From NCBI GenBank assembly GCA_041658325.1, contig JBBAAI010000003.1, forward strand, positions 2,201-66,200: a stretch of DNA of 64,000 bases, written 5' to 3'. This DNA comes from Minisyncoccota bacterium. Lineage in GTDB: Bacteria > Patescibacteriota > Minisyncoccia > Phycocordibacterales > UBA9973. Of this stretch, positions 38,221-46,656 are shown one piece after another. The notes beneath the pieces are model-generated. The model saw only the letters and a program-made list of their open reading frames with translations, did no database searches and had not been told where the DNA came from. Numbering within the stretch: the stretch's first letter is position 1; the number at the start of each line of letters is the position of its first letter. The translations under genes and the position numbers were made by a program.

Positions 38221-39675
38221 ATGTCTTCAATTGATGAAATTAGGGACGCTAGAATAAAAAAACTTAAACTCTTGCAAGACAAGGGGATAAATCCATATCC
38301 AGCAGAATCAAAAAGAGAAATTTCTCTTAAAATAGCTGTTGATGATTTTGAAAATTTAGAGAAAGATAAAGAAATAAAATGGATTGCTGGTAGAGTAATG
38401 TCTATTCGTGGACAAGGCGCAATCATTTTTATCACTCTCAACGATGGAACTGAGATTTTTCAAGGATTACTAAAAAAGGATGTTATCGGTGATGAGAAGC
38501 TTAGTTTTTGGAATGAAGTCGTTGACATCGGAGACTTTGTTGAAGTGCAAGGAACTTTTTTAAAAACTAATAGGGGAGAAAAAACAACAGAAATAAAAGA
38601 TTGGCGCATGCTCGCAAAGAGCTTGAGCCCGTTGCCAGAAAAATGGCATGGTCTAGTAGACGCAGAAGAACGATTTAGAAAACGTTATTTAGATATTTTG
38701 ATGAATCCTGAGATTAAAGATACTTTTGAAAAAAAGGCGAAATTTTGGGAGACTACAAGGAATTTTTTGAAAGATAAAGGATTTTTAGAAGTAGAAACAC
38801 CGACACTTGAGGTTACTACTGGTGGAGCAGAAGCTAGACCATTTAAAACTCATCACAATGATTTTGATATTGATGTTTTTATGAGAATATCGGTCGGAGA
38901 ACTTTGGCAAAAGAGATTAATGGCGGCTGGATTTCCTAAAACTTTTGAGATCGGAAGGGTTTATAGAAACGAAGGAGGAAGCGCTGAACATCTACAGGAA
39001 TTCACTAATATGGAATTCTACGCTTCTTATATGAACATCAAAAAAGGAAAGAAATTAGTTAGAGATTTGTATATAAAAATAGCGAATGAAGTTTTTGGAA
39101 AAACTGAATTTGAAACCAGGGGACATAAATTTGATTTAGCTTCTGATTGGCAGGAGATAGATTATGTGGAAGAAATAAAAAAACAAACCGGTATTGATGT
39201 GCTTGAAGACGGAGAAGAAAAAATGGAACAAACTCTTAAAAAACTGGGTGTGGAATTTGAAGGGGAAAATAGAGAAAGAATGACTGATTCTCTTTGGAAA
39301 TATTGTCGAAAAAATATTACAGGTCCAGCATATCTTGTGAATCATCCGAAACTTGTCGCTCCGCTTTCCAAGGAAAATGCAAAAGACAAGAGAAAGACTG
39401 AAACGTTTCAAGTTATTCTCGCTGGAAGTGAGATGGGTAGAGCACATGCAGAATTAAATGATCCAATTGACCAAGAAAAAAGATTTAATGAACAAAAAAA
39501 ACTGATTGAAAAAGGGGATGAAGAAGCGATGATGCCGGACTCAGAATTTGTGGAAATGCTTGAATACGGAATGCCCCCGTGTTTCGGTTTCGGTTTTGGA
39601 GAAAGATTGTTTGCTTTTCTTGTAGATAAACCAGTCCGCGAAACACAACTATTTCCATTAATGCGTCCAAAATAA
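38221..39675 (+). CDS. lysS: Lysyl-tRNA synthetase (class II)
   Basis: 484 aa; N-terminal OB anticodon-binding domain, class II motifs (FEIGRVYRNEG, GFGFGERL); greA-lysS adjacency is common. Confidence 0.85.
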   Translation: MSSIDEIRDARIKKLKLLQDKGINPYPAESKREISLKIAVDDFENLEKDKEIKWIAGRVMSIRGQGAIIFITLNDGTEIFQGLLKKDVIGDEKLSFWNEVVDIGDFVEVQGTFLKTNRGEKTTEIKDWRMLAKSLSPLPEKWHGLVDAEERFRKRYLDILMNPEIKDTFEKKAKFWETTRNFLKDKGFLEVETPTLEVTTGGAEARPFKTHHNDFDIDVFMRISVGELWQKRLMAAGFPKTFEIGRVYRNEGGSAEHLQEFTNMEFYASYMNIKKGKKLVRDLYIKIANEVFGKTEFETRGHKFDLASDWQEIDYVEEIKKQTGIDVLEDGEEKMEQTLKKLGVEFEGENRERMTDSLWKYCRKNITGPAYLVNHPKLVAPLSKENAKDKRKTETFQVILAGSEMGRAHAELNDPIDQEKRFNEQKKLIEKGDEEAMMPDSEFVEMLEYGMPPCFGFGFGERLFAFLVDKPVRETQLFPLMRPK

Positions 39676-39700
39676 AATTAAAATAATATAGAAAGTTTAA

Positions 39701-39741
39701 GGCCCCTGTTGCTCATGCAACCAGGGGCCCCTCGATTTTGA
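39701..39741. terminator. Rho-independent terminator after lysS; on the opposite strand also closes the small-peptide operon
   Basis: GGCCCCTGttgctcatgcaaCCAGGGGCC then ctcgattttgattc. Confidence 0.6.
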
Positions 39742-39742
39742 T

Positions 39743-39874
39743 TCATATTCCTCCGTCTCCGCACCCACAATCGCCGTCGGGTTTATCGTGGTTTTCTTCT
39801 CGTTTCTTGGGAAACCAACTTATCAGGAATATTGCGACAATAGCCCCCGAAAACACGAATATTTCTAGTAACAT
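39743..39874 (-). CDS. Small single-TM peptide 4 (43 aa, MLLEIFVFSGAIVAIFLISWFPKKREENHDKPDGDCGCGDGGI)
   Basis: Hand-translated; below ORF-track size cutoff; SD AGGGGTGA 6 nt upstream of ATG; hydrophobic helix then charged, Cys/Gly/Asp-rich tail. Confidence 0.45.
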   Translation of the reverse strand: MLLEIFVFSGAIVAIFLISWFPKKREENHDKPDGDCGCGDGGI

Positions 39875-39883
39875 CGTCACCCC

Positions 39884-39991
39884 CTATGATTTTCCGCTGC
39901 TTGCGGCTTTTATATAAGCACGAAAGCAAACGAACATGATAATCCCTACAACAATCACAATTCCTGCCGGGATTATTAACCATAGCGGCAT
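39884..39991 (-). CDS. Small single-TM peptide 3 (35 aa, MPLWLIIPAGIVIVVGIIMFVCFRAYIKAASSGKS)
   Basis: Hand-translated; SD AAAGGGGG upstream of ATG; 9-nt spacer to next gene. Confidence 0.45.
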   Translation of the reverse strand: MPLWLIIPAGIVIVVGIIMFVCFRAYIKAASSGKS

Positions 39992-40004
39992 GTGTAACCC
40001 CCTT

Positions 40005-40124
40005 TCAGTTTATTGGAGGATTAATCGCAATCGTCCGGTTCTGTTTTTTTTTGAAAAGTGTCCTACACAGAAGGACGAAGCATGCGAAGAGCACAACACC
40101 GATGACCAACAGAACTTTTCCCAT
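40005..40124 (-). CDS. Small single-TM peptide 2 (39 aa, MGKVLLVIGVVLFACFVLLCRTLFKKKQNRTIAINPPIN)
   Basis: Hand-translated; SD AAAGGAGA 6 nt upstream of ATG. Confidence 0.45.
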   Translation of the reverse strand: MGKVLLVIGVVLFACFVLLCRTLFKKKQNRTIAINPPIN

Positions 40125-40142
40125 GAGGTTTCTCCTTTGGGT

Positions 40143-40262
40143 TTATCCTTGAGAGCTCTTTTCTTTTGTAGCCAAGAACCATGCAAGGAGAAGTAAAATT
40201 ACCACAACAACCGCCTTCACTATGTTTATAAGAACAACCCATCCTTCTTCTTTGGGTACCAT
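40143..40262 (-). CDS. Small single-TM peptide 1 (39 aa, MVPKEEGWVVLINIVKAVVVVILLLLAWFLATKEKSSQG)
   Basis: Hand-translated; SD GGAGGTGA 6 nt upstream of ATG; first gene of the unit. Confidence 0.45.
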   Translation of the reverse strand: MVPKEEGWVVLINIVKAVVVVILLLLAWFLATKEKSSQG

Positions 40263-40297
40263 TTTCACCTCCATTTATGAGAAGTTTATCCACCTTA

Positions 40298-40326
40298 AAT
40301 ATAACATATTAAACGACCCAAGTCAA
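40298..40326 (-). promoter_or_regulatory. sigma70-type promoter TTGACT-17-TATATT driving the four-peptide operon
   Basis: minus strand ttgact(40326-40321) tgggtcgtttaatatgt tatatt(40303-40298); about 28 nt to the SD and ATG at 40262. Confidence 0.5.
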
Positions 40327-40350
40327 TTTTAACAGATGAGAGTTTTCCTC

Positions 40351-40391
40351 CAAAAACAATAATTCCCCGAAATGCAAATCTGCACTCGGGG
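40351..40391 (-). terminator. Rho-independent terminator after the 74-aa gene
   Basis: minus strand CCCCGAGTGCAGATTTGCATTTCGGGG then aattattgttttt. Confidence 0.55.
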
Positions 40392-40420
40392 AGTTTTCAA
40401 TTCTCTAGATAAAGAATATC

Positions 40421-40645
40421 CTATTTTTCGATAGACACCACTATCACGCCGAAACCTCTTCTGATTAATTCGTCGACGAACTTTGGTGGTATTTTGATGT
40501 GTCCCGGACGGTCGCTTGAACTGTAAGTAATGACCTTGGTTTCTTCATCGTGGCTCGAAGTTTTTTCGATGATCTTCTTGATTGTGTCAAAGGAACTTTT
40601 CTTCGGCCAATAGGTAATCCGAACAAACGCCTTTCCTGTTTTCAT
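40421..40645 (-). CDS. Small hypothetical protein (74 aa), paralogue of the 68-aa neighbour
   Basis: Strong SD (AGGAGGG) before ATG; N-terminal motif FVRITYWPKK shared with neighbour (KRIHITEWPPK); C-terminal GHIKIPPKFVDELIRRGFGVIVV. Confidence 0.55.
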   Translation of the reverse strand: MKTGKAFVRITYWPKKSSFDTIKKIIEKTSSHDEETKVITYSSSDRPGHIKIPPKFVDELIRRGFGVIVVSIEK

Positions 40646-40663
40646 AATACATGCCCTCCTTTC

Positions 40664-40870
40664 CTAGGCGAGTAACTCGAATTTGAATCCTGCACCGGTG
40701 ATTTTTTTAGGATCCAACTTCTCCTTCCAGTTAGGAACATAAATAGTCTCTGGCCGAAGACCTGCGGTGTTGGGAAAAACGAACCTTCCTAAAGCTGTTC
40801 CAACATCCTCGACCGCTGTTTTGGGCGGCCATTCTGTAATATGGATTCTTTTTACTCTCTCTTTTTTCAT
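40664..40870 (-). CDS. Small hypothetical protein (68 aa), paralogue of the 74-aa neighbour
   Basis: Strong SD (GGAGGAGGTG) before ATG; possible TTGACT-17-CATATT promoter upstream. Confidence 0.55.
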   Translation of the reverse strand: MKKERVKRIHITEWPPKTAVEDVGTALGRFVFPNTAGLRPETIYVPNWKEKLDPKKITGAGFKFELLA

Positions 40871-41000
40871 CGAACACCTCCTCCATTAAGTAATATGTCA
40901 TATTTATGAGCTTTAGTCAATAAATTATCGCCCGAATTAGAAGGGGAGTTATCCACAGTTTATGCTTGGTATTACTGTTGAATTTGGAATATAATATATC

Positions 41001-41020
41001 AAGTGGGAAAAAGTGGGAAA
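41001..41020 (+). promoter_or_regulatory. Tandem MraZ-box-like direct repeats (AAGTGGGAAA x2, 10-bp phasing) just upstream of mraZ
   Basis: aagtgggaaa aagtgggaaa read directly; GTGGG repeats at helical spacing are the known MraZ operator architecture; TATAAT-like box at 40990-40995. Confidence 0.5.
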
Positions 41021-41046
41021 TTAAAAAAAGAGTAAAAATAAATTTT

Positions 41047-41493
41047 ATGTTGATCGGCGAATACATACACACAATAGATGAAAAAAATCGTATTTCAATG
41101 CCGGTAAAATTTCGAAAAGAAATGGGCAAGAAAATTATTATTACTCCTGGATTAGATTCTTGTTTGTTTATTTTCACAATTAAAGAATGGATAAAGGTTA
41201 GTAAAAGACTTTCTGATAATAATAATGACCTTTCTTTTTTAAAAGCTGATCAAAGAAGTTTTAATAGATATATGTTTGGACGAGCCGCAGAAGTAGAGAT
41301 AGATTCTATCGGAAGAATATTAATCCCAGATTTTTTGAAAGACAGAATTGGACTTAAAGACAAAGCAGCGATTATCGGAGTAGAGGATAGGGTGGAGGTT
41401 TGGAATGACAAAGTATGGTTGCAAAATCAAGAAGTTGTAGAGAAGCAAGCAGGAGAGTTAGCAGAAAAGCTTGGTAATGAGAAGACCAAATAA
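41047..41493 (+). CDS. mraZ: Transcriptional regulator MraZ
   Basis: Duplicated SpoVT/AbrB-like halves, MLIGEYIHTIDEKNRISMPVKFR ... FGRAAEVEIDSIGRILIPDFLK; ORF-track start 40966 trimmed to the first conserved Met. Confidence 0.85.
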   Translation: MLIGEYIHTIDEKNRISMPVKFRKEMGKKIIITPGLDSCLFIFTIKEWIKVSKRLSDNNNDLSFLKADQRSFNRYMFGRAAEVEIDSIGRILIPDFLKDRIGLKDKAAIIGVEDRVEVWNDKVWLQNQEVVEKQAGELAEKLGNEKTK

Positions 41494-41494
41494 A

Positions 41495-42370
41495 ATGGAC
41501 AGTATACACAGGACAGTTCTTTTAAATGAAACAATAAATGGTTTGAATTTGAAGCCAGATTCCGTTGTCTTGGATTGTACGTTTGGCGGAGGTGGACACA
41601 GCGCAGAAATTTTGAGGAGATTTACAAAAGCAAAAATAATCGCGCTTGATCAAGACAAAAAGGCATGGAGACAAAATGATGTTCGAATTTCTTTTCACAA
41701 TGAAAATTTTTCCAATTTAGACAAAGTTCTAAAAAACGAAAAAGTTGACAGCATAATTTTTGATTTAGGTTTAAGTTCAGACCAATTAGAGAATTCCGGA
41801 AGAGGATTTTCTTTTTTGAAAAATGAACCGCTTTTAATGACGATGAAAGACAATCCTTCAACAGAAGATATTACCGCAAATGATGTTGTAAACACGTGGA
41901 GTGAGAAAAGCTTAGCTGACATTATTTATGGTTATGGGGAAGAAAAGTATTCAAGAAGAATTGCGAAAGGAATAGTAGAAGCTAGAGAGAAAGCAGAAAT
42001 TAAAACCACTTCTGATTTAGTAAAAATAATTAGCGAAGCAGTGCCAGGAATATATAAAAGGGGAAGACTTCATTTTGCCACCAGGACGTTTCAAGCATTA
42101 CGGATAGCGGTAAACGATGAGTTAGGGGTTTTGCAAACGGGATTAGAAAAAGGATTTGAAACATTAAAAACAGGGGGGAGAATGTCAGTAATTTCCTTTC
42201 ATAGTTTAGAAGATAGGGTTACAAAAAAATTTTACAAGACACTAGAGAAAGAAGGCAAGGCGATTTTAATAAATAAAAAACCAATTTTAGCAAAAGAAGA
42301 AGAATTAAAAAATAATCCCCGATCAAGAAGTGCAAAATTAAGAATTTTAGAAAAAATAACAAAAATATGA
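41495..42370 (+). CDS. rsmH: 16S rRNA (cytosine1402-N4)-methyltransferase RsmH
   Basis: HRTVLLNETI, SAM motif DCTFGGGGHS, FDLGLSSDQL, ISFHSLEDR. Confidence 0.85.
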   Translation: MDSIHRTVLLNETINGLNLKPDSVVLDCTFGGGGHSAEILRRFTKAKIIALDQDKKAWRQNDVRISFHNENFSNLDKVLKNEKVDSIIFDLGLSSDQLENSGRGFSFLKNEPLLMTMKDNPSTEDITANDVVNTWSEKSLADIIYGYGEEKYSRRIAKGIVEAREKAEIKTTSDLVKIISEAVPGIYKRGRLHFATRTFQALRIAVNDELGVLQTGLEKGFETLKTGGRMSVISFHSLEDRVTKKFYKTLEKEGKAILINKKPILAKEEELKNNPRSRSAKLRILEKITKI

Positions 42371-42738
42371 GACAAGCGACATTACAACTTAAGACACGTA
42401 TACAGAATGTAAATATTATGAACAATAATATTGAAATTAGGGGAATTATTCTTAATGCAATGCTTTTTGTTATAGTGGCGTTAGCCTTTTGGTATGTTTT
42501 GATATTAGGGAATATGGTTTTTGATATTGTGCAAAGAAAAACCCTAGAAAAAGAAATGCTTACTCTTTCTAACGAAGTGGGGAATTTAGAGCTCACTTAT
42601 TTATCTATTTCAAACAATGTTGATATGGCCCTCTCTTCTTCTATGGGATTTAAGGAAACAAAAGCAATATTTGCAACTCGTAAAGCTGTCGGTTTTAATT
42701 CTATTGATAATATAAAATCTGCTAACAATGAAATATAG
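42367..42738 (+). CDS. Cell division protein FtsL-like
   Basis: 123 aa, single TM then coiled coil, positioned between rsmH and the PBP as in dcw clusters. Confidence 0.5.
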   Translation: MRQATLQLKTRIQNVNIMNNNIEIRGIILNAMLFVIVALAFWYVLILGNMVFDIVQRKTLEKEMLTLSNEVGNLELTYLSISNNVDMALSSSMGFKETKAIFATRKAVGFNSIDNIKSANNEI

Positions 42739-44443
42739 TTTTCTTGTTAGGTCTAGGATTGTTCTTTTTTTTGTTGTATCTTTTGCTTTGATTCTTTTAG
42801 CAAAACTTTTTTTTGTGCAGATTATACACGGTAATGTTTATAGAGAGGCGGCTGATCGTCAATATGCTACACCATCTACCAATGTTTATGAACGTGGAAC
42901 TATTTATTTTGAACGTAAAGATGGAGAACTTGTTTCTGCTGCTACCCAAACTTCTGGTTTTAAAGTCGCAATCAACCCGGGGAAAATCATTGATTTAGAA
43001 AATGTTTATGAAAAATTATCAAGAATCATAACTCTTGATTATGAAGATTTTTCAAAAAAAGCAGGACAAAAGAATGATCCGTATGAAGAAATAGCGAATC
43101 GTCTTTCGAAAGATAAAGCAGACGCTATCTCTAAACTAAAAATTCCAGGAGTAAATATTTATAAAGAAAAATGGCGTTTTTATCCTGGTGGAAATTTAGC
43201 TTCTCACACGTTGGGTCTTATGGGATATAGTGGCGATGAATTAGGTGGGCGTTATGGATTAGAAAGACAATATAATTCTCTCCTTGCTCGCAATATAGAC
43301 AATCCCTATGTTAACTTCTTTGCAGAAGTTTTTTCCAATATTCGTAAAACTTTATTTGAAAATGAAACACCCCAAGGAGACGTGACAATTACTATTGAAC
43401 CCCAAGTTCAGAATTTTTTAGAAAAAAAATTGATGGAAGTAAAAAACAAATATCAAATCGATTCCATTGGCGGGATAATAATGAACCCTAAAGATGGATC
43501 TATCTATGCTATGGGGGCAAAGCCTGATTTTGATCCAAATAATTTTTCTCAAGTTAAAACAATTTCAGTTTTTTCAAATCCACTTGTGGAAAATGTTTTA
43601 GAATTTGGATCTGTGGTAAAACCATTAGTTATGGCGGGAGCGCTTAATGAAGGAGTTGTTACTGCCGATACTACTTATAATGATAAAGGATCTGTGGTAG
43701 TAGAAAAACATGAAATATTTAATTTTGATAAAAAGGGTAGAGGTCCAGGTACTAGTATGCAAGAAGTATTAAGTCAGTCGCTCAATACAGGGATGGTTTT
43801 TGTGGAGCAAAAATTAGGCAAAGTGAAATTACGTGATTATTTACTTTCTTATGGTATTAAAAATAAAACAGGAATTGATTTACCAAATGAAACTAGCGGA
43901 TTAATTTCTGGGATATTGACAAGTCCTAGAGAAATTGAATATGCTAATGCAGCTTTTGGCCAAGGAATCGCTCTTACTCCAGTCGAATTAGTACGAGCGC
44001 TTGCTTCGTTGGGGAATGGAGGGAATTTGGTCGTTCCGCATATAGTTAAAAAGATACAATACAACGATGGTAGTTCGAAAGAAATGGTTTATCCCACCAC
44101 TGCTACAAAAATAACAAAAGAAACCTCGCAAGAAATAACCAGAATGCTGGTGACAGCGATGGATAAAGGAATGGCAGGTGGTACAAAAAAATTAGAAAAT
44201 TTTAGTGTAGCGGTAAAAACAGGGACAGCACAAGTTGCAGATAATGTTAACGGAGGATATTATGAAGATAGGCACACTCATTCATTTTTTGGTTATTTCC
44301 CAGCGTATAATCCGAAGTTTATAGTTTTTCTTTACGCTATAAATCCTAAAGGTGTGCCCTATGCTGCTACGACTTGGACCGATCCATTTTTAGATATTAC
44401 AAAATTTTTATTAAATTATTACAATATTCCGCCAGATCGATAA
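42728..44443 (+). CDS. ftsI: Peptidoglycan D,D-transpeptidase (class B PBP, FtsI-like)
   Basis: 571 aa; N-terminal TM, dimerisation domain, transpeptidase motifs S-x-x-K (SVVKP), SxN (SLN), KTG (KTGTA). Confidence 0.85.
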   Translation: MKYSFLVRSRIVLFFVVSFALILLAKLFFVQIIHGNVYREAADRQYATPSTNVYERGTIYFERKDGELVSAATQTSGFKVAINPGKIIDLENVYEKLSRIITLDYEDFSKKAGQKNDPYEEIANRLSKDKADAISKLKIPGVNIYKEKWRFYPGGNLASHTLGLMGYSGDELGGRYGLERQYNSLLARNIDNPYVNFFAEVFSNIRKTLFENETPQGDVTITIEPQVQNFLEKKLMEVKNKYQIDSIGGIIMNPKDGSIYAMGAKPDFDPNNFSQVKTISVFSNPLVENVLEFGSVVKPLVMAGALNEGVVTADTTYNDKGSVVVEKHEIFNFDKKGRGPGTSMQEVLSQSLNTGMVFVEQKLGKVKLRDYLLSYGIKNKTGIDLPNETSGLISGILTSPREIEYANAAFGQGIALTPVELVRALASLGNGGNLVVPHIVKKIQYNDGSSKEMVYPTTATKITKETSQEITRMLVTAMDKGMAGGTKKLENFSVAVKTGTAQVADNVNGGYYEDRHTHSFFGYFPAYNPKFIVFLYAINPKGVPYAATTWTDPFLDITKFLLNYYNIPPDR

Positions 44444-44444
44444 T

Positions 44445-45749
44445 ATGAAAACAAGTTTTAAAAAAATTATAATTTTTATTTTGAAAGTTGAGTCACAACT
44501 TGTACTTTGGAAATATAAACCTAAAATTGTTGCCATCACTGGATCAGTTGGTAAAACTTCCACTAAGGACGCAGTTTACGCTATTTTTTCTAAAATATCA
44601 TATGTTCGTAAAAGTGAGAAAAGTTTTAATAGCGAAATAGGTTTGCCTCTTACTGTTTTAGGATGTCCAAATGGATGGAACAATCCACTTGTTTGGTTTC
44701 TTAATGTTCTGAGAGGGTTGTGGCTTTTTATTTGGCCCCATAAATATCCTGAATGGCTTATTCTTGAGGTGGGCATAGGAAAACCAAATGATATGAAGAA
44801 AACCGCTTCCTGGCTTAAGACAGATGCAGTTATTATAACGACAATAGGGCAAACTCCTCCTCACATTGAATTTTTTAATTCGCATAAACATCTAGTAGAA
44901 GAAAAAAGTCAGCTTTTAAAAACCTTGAAACAGGATGGTCTTTTGGTCCTAAATGCTGATGATGAAGTCGCACTTGAAATGAAGGCAAAAAGTAAACATC
45001 GTTCCATTACGTATGGATTTAATGAAGGATCAGATGTGTTGGGTTCAGGAGATACTATTTTTTATAATGACAAAGAAGAACCGGAAGGAATAATTTTTAG
45101 AGTAGATGAAGGGGGAAGTAGTTTGCCTGTTATTATAGAAGGGGTGTTTGGACGAAATCATGTTTATGCATCTCTAGCGGCCCTCGCTCTTTTTTCTGGT
45201 TTAAAATTTAATATGTTAACAGCCATAAATTCGCTTAAAAATTATGATGTTCCACCAGGTAGAATGCGACTTTTAAAAGGCATAAAAAATTGTTCAATTA
45301 TAGATGATACTTATAATTCTTCTCCTTTTGCGTGTGAGTCTGCCCTTAAAACTTTAAATGAAGTAAGATCAAAAGGTAAGGACGGGAGAAAAATTGCTAT
45401 TTTAGGTGATATGCTAGAGCTTGGTCGTCATACAGCAGAAGCACATAAAAATATTGGCAAAATTATAATAGGCAATGCAGATATATTAATTGTGGTTGGT
45501 CCTAGGGCAAAATTAATAAAAGAAGGCGCTTTGGAATCTGGGATGAATAAAGAAAATATTTTTGAATTTTTGAATTCGCATGAGACAGCAAATTTTGTAA
45601 AAACTTTTTTGCAGAAAAATGATATTGTGTTGATTAAAGGCTCACAAGGTATGCGCATGGAACGTGTGGTGGAAACGATACTTTTAGATCAAGAAAATAA
45701 AAATAAACTTTTAGTTCGACAGGATGATGAGTGGCTGAAGAAAAAATAA
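44445..45749 (+). CDS. murF: UDP-N-acetylmuramoyl-tripeptide--D-alanyl-D-alanine ligase (Mur ligase, MurF-like)
   Basis: 434 aa; P-loop ITGSVGKTSTKD, C-terminal ILGDMLELG characteristic of MurF. Confidence 0.7.
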   Translation: MKTSFKKIIIFILKVESQLVLWKYKPKIVAITGSVGKTSTKDAVYAIFSKISYVRKSEKSFNSEIGLPLTVLGCPNGWNNPLVWFLNVLRGLWLFIWPHKYPEWLILEVGIGKPNDMKKTASWLKTDAVIITTIGQTPPHIEFFNSHKHLVEEKSQLLKTLKQDGLLVLNADDEVALEMKAKSKHRSITYGFNEGSDVLGSGDTIFYNDKEEPEGIIFRVDEGGSSLPVIIEGVFGRNHVYASLAALALFSGLKFNMLTAINSLKNYDVPPGRMRLLKGIKNCSIIDDTYNSSPFACESALKTLNEVRSKGKDGRKIAILGDMLELGRHTAEAHKNIGKIIIGNADILIVVGPRAKLIKEGALESGMNKENIFEFLNSHETANFVKTFLQKNDIVLIKGSQGMRMERVVETILLDQENKNKLLVRQDDEWLKKK

Positions 45750-45765
45750 AAACAAAAACAAGAAG

Positions 45766-45803
45766 GGGAGTCCGCGATAACGGACTCCCCTTGAGATTGT
45801 GTT
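45766..45803 (+). terminator. Rho-independent terminator after murF
   Basis: GGGGAGTCCGcgataaCGGACTCCCC then ttgagattgtgtt. Confidence 0.6.
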
Positions 45804-45827
45804 GCAGTTTTGTTTCTGCATAATAAA

Positions 45828-46517
45828 TTAAACCCTGTTCGCAATATTTGAATCGATTGCGACTGGAATACCTCTGTTGCAACGAGGACAATTTTCCTTA
45901 CTCCAAGTACTGAGTCTTTTTTCAAGAAGAGCAACGAGTTTCACATTCGCCATATCCTGCGATGTAATCCCACTTAAATTGCAAAAGACACCTAGGCCAA
46001 CGATGTTTCCACCTGCTAGTTGAGTAGCTTTGATAACCTTCTTGGTGGAGCCACCAGTAGCGAGAACATTTCCAACTACCAGAATATTCTTTCCAATAAT
46101 GAGTTTTTCGTAATCTTGCTTAATGGCAAAAAATTTCTCAGGTGCTTTACCAAGTTGCGGAAATTTTTTCCACCATAGACGCAAACCAAAGCAAATATGC
46201 CACAACGGAGATGTCGATTTCTCCGTCTCCTCAGCATATACACTGAGTACCTTGCGATTGTTTAATTTTGCAAGATGGTGCGCCACCCACTGAGAAAGAA
46301 TTACTCCACCGATCGCTGGAGCAATAACTGCCTCTATGTTGTCGTCAGCAAATTGTTCAGCAATTTTTCGACAAAGATGAGAAATTTCTGTCACATGCGG
46401 ATATGTCGCATCCTCGTCTATATATACTCTTCCGTGTTCTCCATTTGGGTAGATTACATGGCTATCTTTGATAACCGCATTGATCGTCTCGAGTATCCCT
46501 AGAACTTTTTCTGGCAT
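45828..46517 (-). CDS. Phosphoribosyltransferase family protein
   Basis: PRPP-binding loop ILVVGNVLATGGSTKK; GC-richer than surroundings and preceded by SD GGAGGGA; start trimmed to MPEKVLG. Confidence 0.6.
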   Translation of the reverse strand: MPEKVLGILETINAVIKDSHVIYPNGEHGRVYIDEDATYPHVTEISHLCRKIAEQFADDNIEAVIAPAIGGVILSQWVAHHLAKLNNRKVLSVYAEETEKSTSPLWHICFGLRLWWKKFPQLGKAPEKFFAIKQDYEKLIIGKNILVVGNVLATGGSTKKVIKATQLAGGNIVGLGVFCNLSGITSQDMANVKLVALLEKRLSTWSKENCPRCNRGIPVAIDSNIANRV

Positions 46518-46656
46518 TTCGTATCCCTCCACGGTGTTTAGTTAAAAATGTACTATTATAGCCAGAAGTTTTCCGACTATTGCCCAAAGTATAATAACAG
46601 CAATATAAAGAATAGTCAAATTCAGTATATTTTTGTATTGTGTTAATATATAGAGT

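Noticed and set aside
39783-40293. ORF-track minus-strand ORFs 39783-39983 (66 aa) and 40063-40293 (76 aa) and plus-strand 39936-40196
   Set aside because: Cys/Arg-rich low-complexity translations without SD or sensible starts (one would need GTG). They overlap, in other frames, the four SD-led small peptide genes, which are the better explanation.
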